From assembly GCA_021775615.1 (NCBI GenBank), contig JAJFHL010000308.1, forward strand, positions 298 through 64,297: 64,000 nucleotides of DNA. Reading direction: 5' to 3'. Source of the stretch: Hyphomicrobiales bacterium (GTDB lineage: Bacteria; Pseudomonadota; Alphaproteobacteria; Rhizobiales; JAJFHB01). Position 1 is the first letter of the stretch. Every line of letters begins with the position of its first letter. Both the position numbers and the translations under genes were made by a program. The notes below the pieces were generated by a model. It was not told where the DNA came from. It saw only the letters and a list, made by a program, of their open reading frames with translations, and made no database searches. Of this stretch, positions 11,606 through 20,678 are shown piece after piece.

Positions 11606-12536
11606 GCGCGTCACAGGTTTTCTAATCGCACTCGGCCTCGCGGGCGTTGTTGGTCTCGGTTTCGGTACATCGGCCAGGGCAAGCTACGCCGAAGCCTTCG
11701 ATGCTTACTCGAAGCAGCAATACACCACGGCGTTCAGACTGGCCCGGCAGGCGGCCGACGCGGAAAAGGATTCCCGGGCCCAGGCGATGCTCGGCGCCCT
11801 CTTTGCTGAAGGCCTCGGCGTTGGGCGCGATCTGAAGGAAGCCCGCATATGGTTCGAAACCGCCGCCGACCAGGGACACGCCGGAGCGCAATATGACCTC
11901 GGACTCATGTATGTCGATGGCCGTGCTGGCGCCACCGACCTGAACAAGGCGTTTTCCTACTTCCTTGCGGCGGCAAAGCAGGACCTGCCGCGGGCGCAAC
12001 ACTGGGTGGCTGACTTCTATGCCGGCTATGACGGCCGCGAACCCGACTGGGACAAGGCCGTGGCCTGGCTTACGAAATCCGCCGAACAGGGGTACGCAAA
12101 GGCGCAGTACGATCTGGGCGGCCTGTATTTCGAAGGCAAGGGCGTCGAAAAAAATCACATTGAAGCGGCCAAGTGGATCGGCCAGGCCGCCAGCCTTGGT
12201 CTGCCGGAGGCAGCACTTGGCTACGGCGTGATGGTTCTCAAAGGCCAGGGCGTCAAGCAGAGCGACGAAGTTGGCGCCAAATGGCTGTTGTTCGCCGCCG
12301 AGAAGGGCAACCCCGCGGCGCAGAACCTCATGGGCTCGCTCTACGAACTCGGGCGCGGTGTCCCCGTCGATCTCGTCGAAGCCGGAAAGTGGTATCTGAT
12401 TTCAACGCCCAGCGGTCGCGACGAACCGGAAATCAAGAAATTCCTCAATGCTCTGAAACCAGAAGAACTTGAAGAAGCCCGCAAACGGGCGGCCAGTTGG
12501 ATCAAGAGCTACGTCGAGGCCCACAAGACCCAGTAG
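11598..12536 (+). CDS. Sel1-repeat secreted protein
   Basis: Signal peptide followed by about 6 Sel1 repeats (AQYDLGLMY, AA.QG...AQ); probable TTG start at 11598. Confidence 0.9.
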   Translation: MCKRVTGFLIALGLAGVVGLGFGTSARASYAEAFDAYSKQQYTTAFRLARQAADAEKDSRAQAMLGALFAEGLGVGRDLKEARIWFETAADQGHAGAQYDLGLMYVDGRAGATDLNKAFSYFLAAAKQDLPRAQHWVADFYAGYDGREPDWDKAVAWLTKSAEQGYAKAQYDLGGLYFEGKGVEKNHIEAAKWIGQAASLGLPEAALGYGVMVLKGQGVKQSDEVGAKWLLFAAEKGNPAAQNLMGSLYELGRGVPVDLVEAGKWYLISTPSGRDEPEIKKFLNALKPEELEEARKRAASWIKSYVEAHKTQ

Positions 12537-12673
12537 CGGCTTTTCGCCCACCGGGGCTTGACAACCAAACCCGCAAACGCACATACCCGCCGTGAGACTT
12601 CTCGCCGCTGCCGGACCGGGCACCGCGGCAGACACCACAATACTAAGAATAACGCAGCACCATCGAGGATCTC

Positions 12674-13237
12674 ATGAAGATCAACGGACACGAAATTCGC
12701 CCCGGTAACGTGATCCAGCACAAGGACACGCTGTGGGTTGCCGTCAAGGTACAAAGCGTCAAACCGGGCAAGGGCGGCGCCTATGCCCAGGTCGAGCTGA
12801 AGGCTCTCGTCGGCGGCACCAAGCTCAACGAACGCTTCCGTTCATCGGAATCCGTCGAGCGCGTCAGGCTTGAGCAGAAGGATTACCAGTTCCTCTTCGC
12901 CGACGGCGACATGCTGACTTTCATGGACACCGAATCCTATGAGCAGATCGAGCTCGCGACCGACTTTGTCGGCGAACGCGCAGCCTTCCTGCAGGACGGT
13001 ATGCAGGTGAAGGTGGAGAGCTATGAGGGCAAACAGCTCGGCATTTCGCTGCCCGAGCATGTCACGCTTGAAGTCACCGAAACCGAACCGACCATCAAGG
13101 GCCAGACGGCCTCGTCTTCCTACAAGCCGGCGATGATGGACAACGGCGTACGCGTCATGGTGCCGCCCTTCATCACGGTGGGTGAGAAGATCGTTGTCGA
13201 TACCAACGAAGCCACCTACGTAAAGCGTGCCGACTGA
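12674..13237 (+). CDS. efp: Elongation factor P
   Basis: VKPGKGGA loop, NERFRS and [12 protein letters not shown] motifs. Confidence 0.98.
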   Translation: MKINGHEIRPGNVIQHKDTLWVAVKVQSVKPGKGGAYAQVELKALVGGTKLNERFRSSESVERVRLEQKDYQFLFADGDMLTFMDTESYEQIELATDFVGERAAFLQDGMQVKVESYEGKQLGISLPEHVTLEVTETEPTIKGQTASSSYKPAMMDNGVRVMVPPFITVGEKIVVDTNEATYVKRAD

Positions 13238-13277
13238 TCTCCGCGCAACACTCCTCCTAACCTGATCCGGATCCCCG

Positions 13278-14069
13278 ATGCGACGCTCTGCGCTTGCCAA
13301 TGTCATGATCGCCGCGGCGCGCAAGGCGGCGCGCGTCCTGCAACGCGATTACGGCGAAGTGGAAAACCTTCAGGTCTCGCTCAAGGGCCCGTCCGACTTT
13401 GTCAGCGCCACCGACCGAAAGGTCGAACAGATCCTTCACGAAGAGCTTGCGCGGGTGCGTCCCGACTATGGATTTCTGATGGAGGAATCCGGCAAGATCG
13501 AAGGCGCCGACAAAACCCACCGCTGGATCGTCGATCCCATCGACGGCACCACCAACTTCATTCACTCGATACCGCTGTTTGCCATATCCATTGCTCTTGA
13601 GCGCGATGGCGACCTGGTGGCGGGCCTGATCTACAATCCGATTTCAGACGAGCTGTTTTATGCCGAGAAGGGCATTGGCGCCTATCTCAACGATCGCCGG
13701 ATCCGTGTCGCCGGACGCCAGGACCTGACACAGGCAGTCGTCAGCTGCGGCATACCGCACGCCCATCGCGGCGATCCGGATCAGTTCGGCCGCGAGCTTC
13801 AGGCGGTGCAGGCGCAGGTGTCCGGCATACGCCGCACCGGTGCCGCCGCTCTCGATCTGGCCTGGGTCGCCGCCGGCCGCTTCGACGCCTTCTGGGAACG
13901 CGGGCTCAGCCCATGGGACATCGCCGCCGGAATTGTCCTGATCCGCGAAGCCGGTGGCATGGTCAGCGACGTTGACGGCAAACCGGACGTCTTGAAGACC
14001 GGAAACATCCTGGCCGCCAACACCACGCTTCACCCGATGCTTGAGAAGAGCCTCAAATCGCAATCCTGA
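13278..14069 (+). CDS. suhB: Inositol monophosphatase family protein SuhB
   Basis: WIVDPIDGTTNF, RRTGAAALDLAWVAAGR and PWDIAAG motifs. Confidence 0.96.
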   Translation: MRRSALANVMIAAARKAARVLQRDYGEVENLQVSLKGPSDFVSATDRKVEQILHEELARVRPDYGFLMEESGKIEGADKTHRWIVDPIDGTTNFIHSIPLFAISIALERDGDLVAGLIYNPISDELFYAEKGIGAYLNDRRIRVAGRQDLTQAVVSCGIPHAHRGDPDQFGRELQAVQAQVSGIRRTGAAALDLAWVAAGRFDAFWERGLSPWDIAAGIVLIREAGGMVSDVDGKPDVLKTGNILAANTTLHPMLEKSLKSQS

Positions 14070-14242
14070 TCATCACTGCAACACCAATGGGTACTATCCC
14101 CGCCGGCACCCGGCTTCGCGCTCGCACAGGAAAGTTGCAATCAATTTGTGTACAAATTTTATGCAGAGTAACCGAATCACTGTAAACGTCTGAAAACAAA
14201 ATAAAGATCTGACAGGGCCGAACAACGCTTGAAAGCGAGGCC

Positions 14243-15154
14243 ATGAGCAATACTCCTCCGGACGCCCTGTATTCCATCAAGACCGTGTCTCGTCTGACCG
14301 GTGTGAATTCCGCCACCATACGCTCATGGGAACGCCGCTACGGACTGATGGAACCGGCCCGGGCGCCCAATGGCAGGCGCGCCTACTCCGAAGCCGACAT
14401 TCGCAAGCTTCGGCAGATCTCGGATCTGGTGCGTTCCGGTCATCCGATCGGCGAAATCGCCGGCCTGGCAACAGAACTTTTGCAGGAGCTCCAGGAGAAC
14501 TCTTCGCCGCGGCCGCACAGCGCCGCCCGAAACCCGGCATACGACAAGTTGATGATGGCGGTATCGGCCGGTGACACTTCGCGGTTTCGTTCCGTTCTCG
14601 GCCAGACATTGAACAACCTTGACCCCCTGGAGGCAGTACAGGACGTCATTGCACCGGCGCTTCGCGAGATCGGAGAACGATGGGCGCGCGGCGATGTCGG
14701 CATTGGCCTCGAGCATGCGCTGTCCGCGATCACCAAACAACTGCTGATGTCATCGATCAACTCCATGCGATGGGCAACCGGCGGCCCACGGATCGCGATC
14801 GCGACACCGCCGAATGAACAGCACGAGCTCGGCGCCCTTTTGGCCTACTATCTGGCGTCCACCTTTGGAGCGGAATGCACCTATATGGGCCCGAACATGC
14901 CCGTGGCTGCCCTGGCCGACGCGATCGCCAGTCTGAACTCACAGGCTCTGGTGCTCAGTCTCATTCGAGAGCGTGACGATACCGATGCGATCGCCCTGCT
15001 CCGTGAGATCTCCGAACAGGTTCCCGCCTCGACCCAGATCTGGCTTGGAGCCGGCCGCCATGCGTCGCTCCGCACCGAACTTCTGCCGGAGCGCATCACC
15101 CTCTTCGACAGTTTCGAACCCTTCCTGGTGCGCCTCACTGCCCTGACGAAGTGA
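14243..15154 (+). CDS. MerR-family, cobalamin-binding transcriptional regulator (CarH/LitR type)
   Basis: MerR HTH with RSWERRYG; W-x9-EH (WARGDVGIGLEH); ExHxxG (EQHELG); GPNMP and LVLSL Rossmann elements. Confidence 0.88.
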   Translation: MSNTPPDALYSIKTVSRLTGVNSATIRSWERRYGLMEPARAPNGRRAYSEADIRKLRQISDLVRSGHPIGEIAGLATELLQELQENSSPRPHSAARNPAYDKLMMAVSAGDTSRFRSVLGQTLNNLDPLEAVQDVIAPALREIGERWARGDVGIGLEHALSAITKQLLMSSINSMRWATGGPRIAIATPPNEQHELGALLAYYLASTFGAECTYMGPNMPVAALADAIASLNSQALVLSLIRERDDTDAIALLREISEQVPASTQIWLGAGRHASLRTELLPERITLFDSFEPFLVRLTALTK

Positions 15155-15309
15155 TCCGGCCGCCTCTCGCGAGAGCTCCCCGCCGCCCCTCATTCCGCAT
15201 CAGGCGTATGCGGAATGTTCGCATACGAATTTCAGCTGTCAAATGATTGCAAAGTCGCTAGGTTGCTTGCCTCTGAGAGAGGTGTGAACGCTGCAGAAGG
15301 GACGACACA

Positions 15310-15993
15310 GTGTTTGTAAACTCGTTGCACTCCAAACGACATTTCATAACCCGGCGGATCGATGCCATTCTGCCATTGGCCGCTTGCACCGCGCTGGCGC
15401 TTGGCGCAATGCCGGCAGCGGCTGAAAACCCGATTCAAGTGGACGACCGCATCGTCGTCGCCCAGTCCACGGCCGGGTTTCCGGTCAGGGCAGGCTCGTG
15501 GGGCGGCAAGGTACGCGCCGGACCCGGACGGCAATACCAGCATATCGATGGCCTGAGCGAAGGCGAAGACGTGGTGCTGCTTGAGAACACCCGCGTAATG
15601 ATGGGCGACTATCCGTGGTTCAAGATCCAGTTCAAGAACGGCCGCATAGGCTATAAATGGGGTGGCATACTATGCGCCAAGGGAACTCCGGTCGTCGGCA
15701 TATTCGAATCCTGCCCGGGCTGGCAGAATGCCGCCCAGCCCGATCCGGCACCCGCCTCGGTGACCGTATCCTACTCCTGCGAAGAGGGCATTCCGATGAT
15801 CGTGCGATATGTCAATACGGCGGAAACCAGCACCGCTTACTTCTCGCATGACAGCTTCCCGGAAGTGAAGCTGGACCAGGTGGTGTCGGGATCGGGGGCC
15901 AAATATTCGAACGGATACTATACCTTGTCCACCAAGGGTCCCGACGCGGTGCTCGAATGGGAAGGCACCACAAGCGTTTGCTCGGAAAATTGA
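15310..15993 (+). CDS. Secreted SH3b + MliC/PliC (c-type lysozyme inhibitor) fusion protein
   Basis: Signal peptide; SH3b-like VRAGPG..Y..I..L..GE.V...WFKI...GY; C-terminal YSC...LDQVVSGSGAKYSNG...STKGPDA...C MliC signature. Confidence 0.82.
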   Translation: MFVNSLHSKRHFITRRIDAILPLAACTALALGAMPAAAENPIQVDDRIVVAQSTAGFPVRAGSWGGKVRAGPGRQYQHIDGLSEGEDVVLLENTRVMMGDYPWFKIQFKNGRIGYKWGGILCAKGTPVVGIFESCPGWQNAAQPDPAPASVTVSYSCEEGIPMIVRYVNTAETSTAYFSHDSFPEVKLDQVVSGSGAKYSNGYYTLSTKGPDAVLEWEGTTSVCSEN

Positions 15994-16009
15994 CAGGAAC
16001 AGACCGTAA

Positions 16010-17482
16010 GTGAGGCACACCGTGACTGATTTCCATTTCTCCAGGCCGTCCAGGTTCTTGCTGGCGGCCATCCTCTGGCTTGCCGTCTTCGCCGGCCACA
16101 CACCATTCGCCGCCGCACAGGACGCCGACCTTGTCTGGCAGTTTGACCAGTCCAACGATCCTTCCAACAAGGGCCGCAGCACCGCCTATCTGACATTCGG
16201 AATTCCCGAGACCGATGCGGTACTGGTCAGCGGCTCCTGCGCCGCCGGATCCAGCGGCAATTTCTCCGTCATCCATCTTGGCGCAGACGTCGGAAAGCTG
16301 GCCGAGAGCGCCAGGGTGAAAGTCCGCTTCTCCGGCGGCGGCGAAGAGCACACGCTGAAGGGCGTTGTTTACGGCACCGAGCTCGAAGAGGGAGTTTCCG
16401 GCGTTCTGCTGCACATCGCCAATGACGATCCCATCTGGGCCATGATGCAGAACCTTGACGACATCAGCTATCAGATCCCCGGATACAGCGCCGCGTCGCT
16501 GCGCCTCACACAAGGCCGTGACAAAATCGCCGAGTTCAACGAGGCCTGCCGGTTTTATGCCGCACAGTTTGCCGACAATACTGACGACACTTCCCAGCAA
16601 AGCCCACCCGGTGGCGGCATCACCGAGAAGGAGGCGTTCCAGGCTGCGAGGGACCTGGGGACGATAGAAGCCTGGCAGGCCTTCCTGAGCAATTTCCCGA
16701 CCGGTTTCCGGGCCGATCTGGCGCGCGCCTACCTCAAGGAACTGGGCGGCGCGCCGGTTGACAATGCCAACAACACCGACACCGGCAATACGGCGAACAC
16801 CAACAACCAGCCTCCGACCCAGGCGCCGGAACAGACCGTCGATCTGGGAGCGGGAACCTCACCGTGGCGCAATTACAACATGGAGATGGATGAGGGCAAC
16901 ACGACGGTCTATGCGGCCTCGGTCGAATCCAACGGCATCGAGTTTGTCGCCTACTGCACCGGCAGGAAGGATATCGGCGCCCTCATGCGGGAAAGCCAGC
17001 GCGGCGTCTATCCCGATTTCGACGGACGCATCGAGCGCGGCCTCAAGGCGGCGCTGGGCACATTTCAGGACTTCAACAACGCGCACATCCCCATGCGGTT
17101 CAATAATGGCAGTGAGTATTATGTGACCGCGGCCGTCATGGGTCTCACCGGCGAGGTCAGCTTCATCCACAATGATGAGGGCTTCCGCGCAAACGGACGG
17201 ATTGTTCAGGACATCATGGGCCGCAGCACCATGACCATTTCCGCCCCGCCCTTCTCGGCCACGTTCCAACTGCGCGGCAGCAGGAACGCCATGTGCTCCA
17301 TGCTGCGCAACTGCGGCGTGAGCGTCCAGGGCTGCGCCCGCCGGCAGAACACGACCAACACCTCTCGCTGCGGCTCCGGCGCGGTCTGGCTGGAAGGCCA
17401 GTGCGTCAATTATGGCGACATCGAAGCCTTTTGCGGGCCGGGCTACAAGCGCCAGGGCGCGGTGTGCGTATCGCGCTATTAG
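16010..17482 (+). CDS. Secreted multidomain hypothetical protein with C-terminal Cys repeats (reading frame continues past TAG to 17548)
   Basis: Signal peptide ending AAAQ; helical EAFQAARDLGTIEAWQAFLSNFPTG motif; N/T/Q-rich linkers; C-x10-C-V repeats. Confidence 0.85.
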   Translation: MRHTVTDFHFSRPSRFLLAAILWLAVFAGHTPFAAAQDADLVWQFDQSNDPSNKGRSTAYLTFGIPETDAVLVSGSCAAGSSGNFSVIHLGADVGKLAESARVKVRFSGGGEEHTLKGVVYGTELEEGVSGVLLHIANDDPIWAMMQNLDDISYQIPGYSAASLRLTQGRDKIAEFNEACRFYAAQFADNTDDTSQQSPPGGGITEKEAFQAARDLGTIEAWQAFLSNFPTGFRADLARAYLKELGGAPVDNANNTDTGNTANTNNQPPTQAPEQTVDLGAGTSPWRNYNMEMDEGNTTVYAASVESNGIEFVAYCTGRKDIGALMRESQRGVYPDFDGRIERGLKAALGTFQDFNNAHIPMRFNNGSEYYVTAAVMGLTGEVSFIHNDEGFRANGRIVQDIMGRSTMTISAPPFSATFQLRGSRNAMCSMLRNCGVSVQGCARRQNTTNTSRCGSGAVWLEGQCVNYGDIEAFCGPGYKRQGAVCVSRY

Positions 17483-17562
17483 GAAACAGAAGCCCAGTGT
17501 CCGCAAGGCCTCGTCTGGGAAGTGGACCGCTGCGTCGAGGACGACTGACGCTCGAGAGATCT

Positions 17563-17600
17563 TGCCCGGCGCACAGATGTAATGCGCCGGGCATGGTTTT
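17563..17600 (+). terminator. Probable intrinsic terminator
   Basis: 11-bp stem tgcccggcgca / tgcgccgggca followed by tggtttt. Confidence 0.55.
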
Positions 17601-17755
17601 GTCATAATTTCAGGTAAGTAGTACTGATGTGCTGCGTGCATCCTGTTCGCGGTGCCCAAGAATTTGCTTTTTGAAGGCCTGCACTCTGTCGTATCAACAC
17701 CAAACCGTTGAGTTCGAACTGATTCGCAACACTTCACGGGAATCGGGTTGTGGAT

Positions 17756-18808
17756 ATGACCACTGACTCTCAATATACCGTCCTGGTGCCGCCGCGCCTC
17801 TATCTCGCCCGCATGATTGTTTTTCTGATCCTGGTCGGATTCATCGCGGCAATTCTCTACTCACAGATCATTCAGGCCTTTATTGCCAATCCGGGGCTGA
17901 ACGGGCTGATTCTGGGTGTCCTGCTTTTGGGCATCGCCTATGCCTTCCGCCAGATCTTCCGGCTGTTTCCCGAGGTCAACTGGGTCAACAGCTTCCGCAT
18001 CGCCGATCCGGGCCTGGAAATCAACCATACGCCGGTTCTGCTGGCCCCCATGGCAGCGCTCCTGCGCGACCGCCAGGGGCGCATGTCCCTGTCGACCCTG
18101 TCCATGCGATCACTGCTGGAATCGCTGGCCAGCAGGCTCGACGAGGCGCGCGACATCTCGCGCTACATGATCGGGCTCCTGATATTCCTCGGCCTGCTCG
18201 GAACCTTCTGGGGGCTGCTCAACACCGTCACCGCGGTCGGCGCCACCATCGAGTCCCTCGATATCTCGCAAAACGAGAGCGGGGCTGTCTTCGAGGAGCT
18301 CAAGACCGGCCTCGAAGCGCCGCTCGCCGGCATGGGCACCGCCTTCTCGTCATCGCTGTTCGGCCTTGCCGGATCTCTGGTGCTTGGCTTCCTCGACCTG
18401 CAGGCGAGCCAGGCTCAGAACCGGTTCTACAACAATCTCGAGGACTGGCTGTCCACGGTCACCGACATCTCGGCCGGAGAAGGCGGCGACTACACGGTTC
18501 CCCACTATCTGCGTATGGACCTGCGCGACATGCAGGGTCAGATAGAGCGCATAGACAGCACGCTGCACGAGACGATCACCGCCGAACCGGACGACCCGGT
18601 TGACATGGAGGCGATCGAACTCCTCGCCGACGCGGTGCACGGGCTGGTCAAGCAGATGCGCGAAGAGCAAAAAGTCGTGCGGCAATGGGCCCAGGCCCAG
18701 GCCGACCAGCAGACCGAGTTCAGGTCTGTGCTTGAGAAGCTGGCCGAAAACAAGGAGCCGGCGGCGCGCAAGGCGCCGCGCACGAGAGCAAAGAAGGTTG
18801 AAAGCTGA
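17756..18808 (+). CDS. MotA/TolQ/ExbB proton-channel family protein (non-flagellar locus)
   Basis: Four TM segments; LGLLGTFWGL and GMGTAFSSSLFGL motifs. Confidence 0.88.
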   Translation: MTTDSQYTVLVPPRLYLARMIVFLILVGFIAAILYSQIIQAFIANPGLNGLILGVLLLGIAYAFRQIFRLFPEVNWVNSFRIADPGLEINHTPVLLAPMAALLRDRQGRMSLSTLSMRSLLESLASRLDEARDISRYMIGLLIFLGLLGTFWGLLNTVTAVGATIESLDISQNESGAVFEELKTGLEAPLAGMGTAFSSSLFGLAGSLVLGFLDLQASQAQNRFYNNLEDWLSTVTDISAGEGGDYTVPHYLRMDLRDMQGQIERIDSTLHETITAEPDDPVDMEAIELLADAVHGLVKQMREEQKVVRQWAQAQADQQTEFRSVLEKLAENKEPAARKAPRTRAKKVES

Positions 18809-18811
18809 TCC

Positions 18812-19840
18812 ATGGCCATAGCCAGACGCCAGCGCCGCCCAGCGGATGCCTTTTACTGGCCCGGCTTCGTCGACGCCATGGCAACGCTGCTGCTGGTCAT
18901 CATCTTCCTGTTGTCGATTTTCATGCTGGTGCAGTTCATGCTGGCGCGCGACATCTCCGGCCAGGACACAGCGCTCACTCGGCTGCGCTCGCAGATCGCC
19001 GAACTCTCCGAGCTTCTGGCGCTTGAGAAGGTTTCGTCCTCCGAGCTGCAGACGACGCTCGCCAGCCTGGTCGATGAACTGGCGACAGCCGAAGACGAAA
19101 AGAACCGGGTAACCGGACTGCTCGCGACCGAGCGCGGCAACGCGAATGAAACCGGCGGGCGCCTTTCAGCGCTGGAGGGCAAGCTGGCGGAAGAGAGGAC
19201 GATCCGCTCTCAGGCCCTCGCCCAGGTCGAGCTTCTCAACCAGCAGATTGCCGCACTGCGCCGCCAGCTTGGCGCTCTGCAGGCCGCGCTCGACGCGTCG
19301 GAAACCCGCGACACCGAGGCCCAGTCGCAGATCGAGGACCTTGGCCGCCGCCTCAACGCGGCCCTGGCCCAGCGCGTCCAGCAACTTGCCCGCTACCGCT
19401 CGGAGTTCTTCGGCAAGCTGCGCGAGATCCTGAGCCAGCGCTCCGACATCCAGATTGTCGGCGACCGCTTCGTGTTCCAGGCCGAGGTGTTCTTCGCCAC
19501 TGGCGAAGCCGACCTCAATCCGCAAGGACAGAGTGAGCTCGACAAGCTTGCGACCGCCCTAACCGAACTTCAGGGCATCATCCCTGACGACATCAACTGG
19601 GTGCTCCGCATCGACGGCCACACGGACAATGTGCCGATTCAGACTGCGCCCTTCCCGTCCAACTGGGAGCTTTCAACGGCGCGCGCCATCTCCGTGGTGC
19701 GTCATCTGATCGACAATGGCGTGCCTGCCAAGCGCCTGGTCGCCGCCGGCTTCGGCGAATTCCAGCCACTGGAACCGGGCAACACGATTGATGCCAGACG
19801 CAAGAACCGCCGCATCGAACTGAAGCTGACCGAGCGTTGA
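18812..19840 (+). CDS. MotB/OmpA-like peptidoglycan-binding protein with long coiled coil
   Basis: YWPGFVDAM TM anchor with Asp; coiled coil; IDGHTD, SNWELSTARA and KNRRIELKL motifs. Confidence 0.92.
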   Translation: MAIARRQRRPADAFYWPGFVDAMATLLLVIIFLLSIFMLVQFMLARDISGQDTALTRLRSQIAELSELLALEKVSSSELQTTLASLVDELATAEDEKNRVTGLLATERGNANETGGRLSALEGKLAEERTIRSQALAQVELLNQQIAALRRQLGALQAALDASETRDTEAQSQIEDLGRRLNAALAQRVQQLARYRSEFFGKLREILSQRSDIQIVGDRFVFQAEVFFATGEADLNPQGQSELDKLATALTELQGIIPDDINWVLRIDGHTDNVPIQTAPFPSNWELSTARAISVVRHLIDNGVPAKRLVAAGFGEFQPLEPGNTIDARRKNRRIELKLTER

Positions 19841-19886
19841 TCAAAGCGCTGGCGGACGGGGTGATCCCAACTCAAAGGAAGATCTG

Positions 19887-20669
19887 ATGGACCTGAAAGA
19901 CACGGTCTGTGTTGTAACGGGTGCTGGAGGCGGCATCGGCGCTGCCCTCGCCCGCGGGCGTGCCGCACGCGGCGCGGCCCATGTGGTGGTGGCGGATCTC
20001 GACGGCGATGCGGCCGCAAATGTCGCGCAGGACATCGCCGGCACCGGGGTCGCCTGCGATGTCGGCCACGATGGTGCGGTCGAGGACCTGGTCGCCGAAA
20101 CCGAAAACCGTCACGGGCGCATTGACCTGATCTGCTCCAATGCCGGCATCCTGCGCTCGGACGCACCAGGCGGCCACGTGGCCTCTGCTCCCGATGAAGA
20201 CTGGATGGAGTGCTGGACAGTCAATGTCATGGCCCATGTGCGCATTGCACGCGCCGCCCTGCCGGCAATGCTGGAACGCGGCTCCGGCGCCTTTCTCATA
20301 ACGGTGTCTGCCGCCGGCCTCTTGAACATCATCAACAACGCGACCTACGCCGCAACCAAACACGCCGCGCTCGGTTTTGCCGAATCCCTCGCCATCACCC
20401 ATGGCGACGACGGCATTGCGGTGGCGGCTCTTTGCCCGCAGGCGGTCGACACCGCCATGGCGCGCGGCGCACGCCAGCCGAGCGGCGCCGGTGTCGACGG
20501 CATCATGTCGGCTGAAGATGTTGCCGCCGCTGGGCTGGACGGTCTCGAACAGGGCCGGTTCCTGATCCTGCCGCACCCGCAGGTGCGCGAGTATTTTCAG
20601 AACAAGGCGGAAAACTACGACCGCTGGGTCGGCGGCATGCGCAAGTTCCGGCGCTCGCTGGTTTCGTGA
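19887..20669 (+). CDS. SDR family oxidoreductase
   Basis: VTGAGGGIG, SNAG and YAATK motifs. Confidence 0.92.
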   Translation: MDLKDTVCVVTGAGGGIGAALARGRAARGAAHVVVADLDGDAAANVAQDIAGTGVACDVGHDGAVEDLVAETENRHGRIDLICSNAGILRSDAPGGHVASAPDEDWMECWTVNVMAHVRIARAALPAMLERGSGAFLITVSAAGLLNIINNATYAATKHAALGFAESLAITHGDDGIAVAALCPQAVDTAMARGARQPSGAGVDGIMSAEDVAAAGLDGLEQGRFLILPHPQVREYFQNKAENYDRWVGGMRKFRRSLVS

Positions 20670-20678
20670 CCGGACCGC

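Noticed and set aside
17756-19840. Zorya ZorAB defence system
   Set aside because: No zorC/D/E neighbours, no very long ZorA tail, and the context is core genome.
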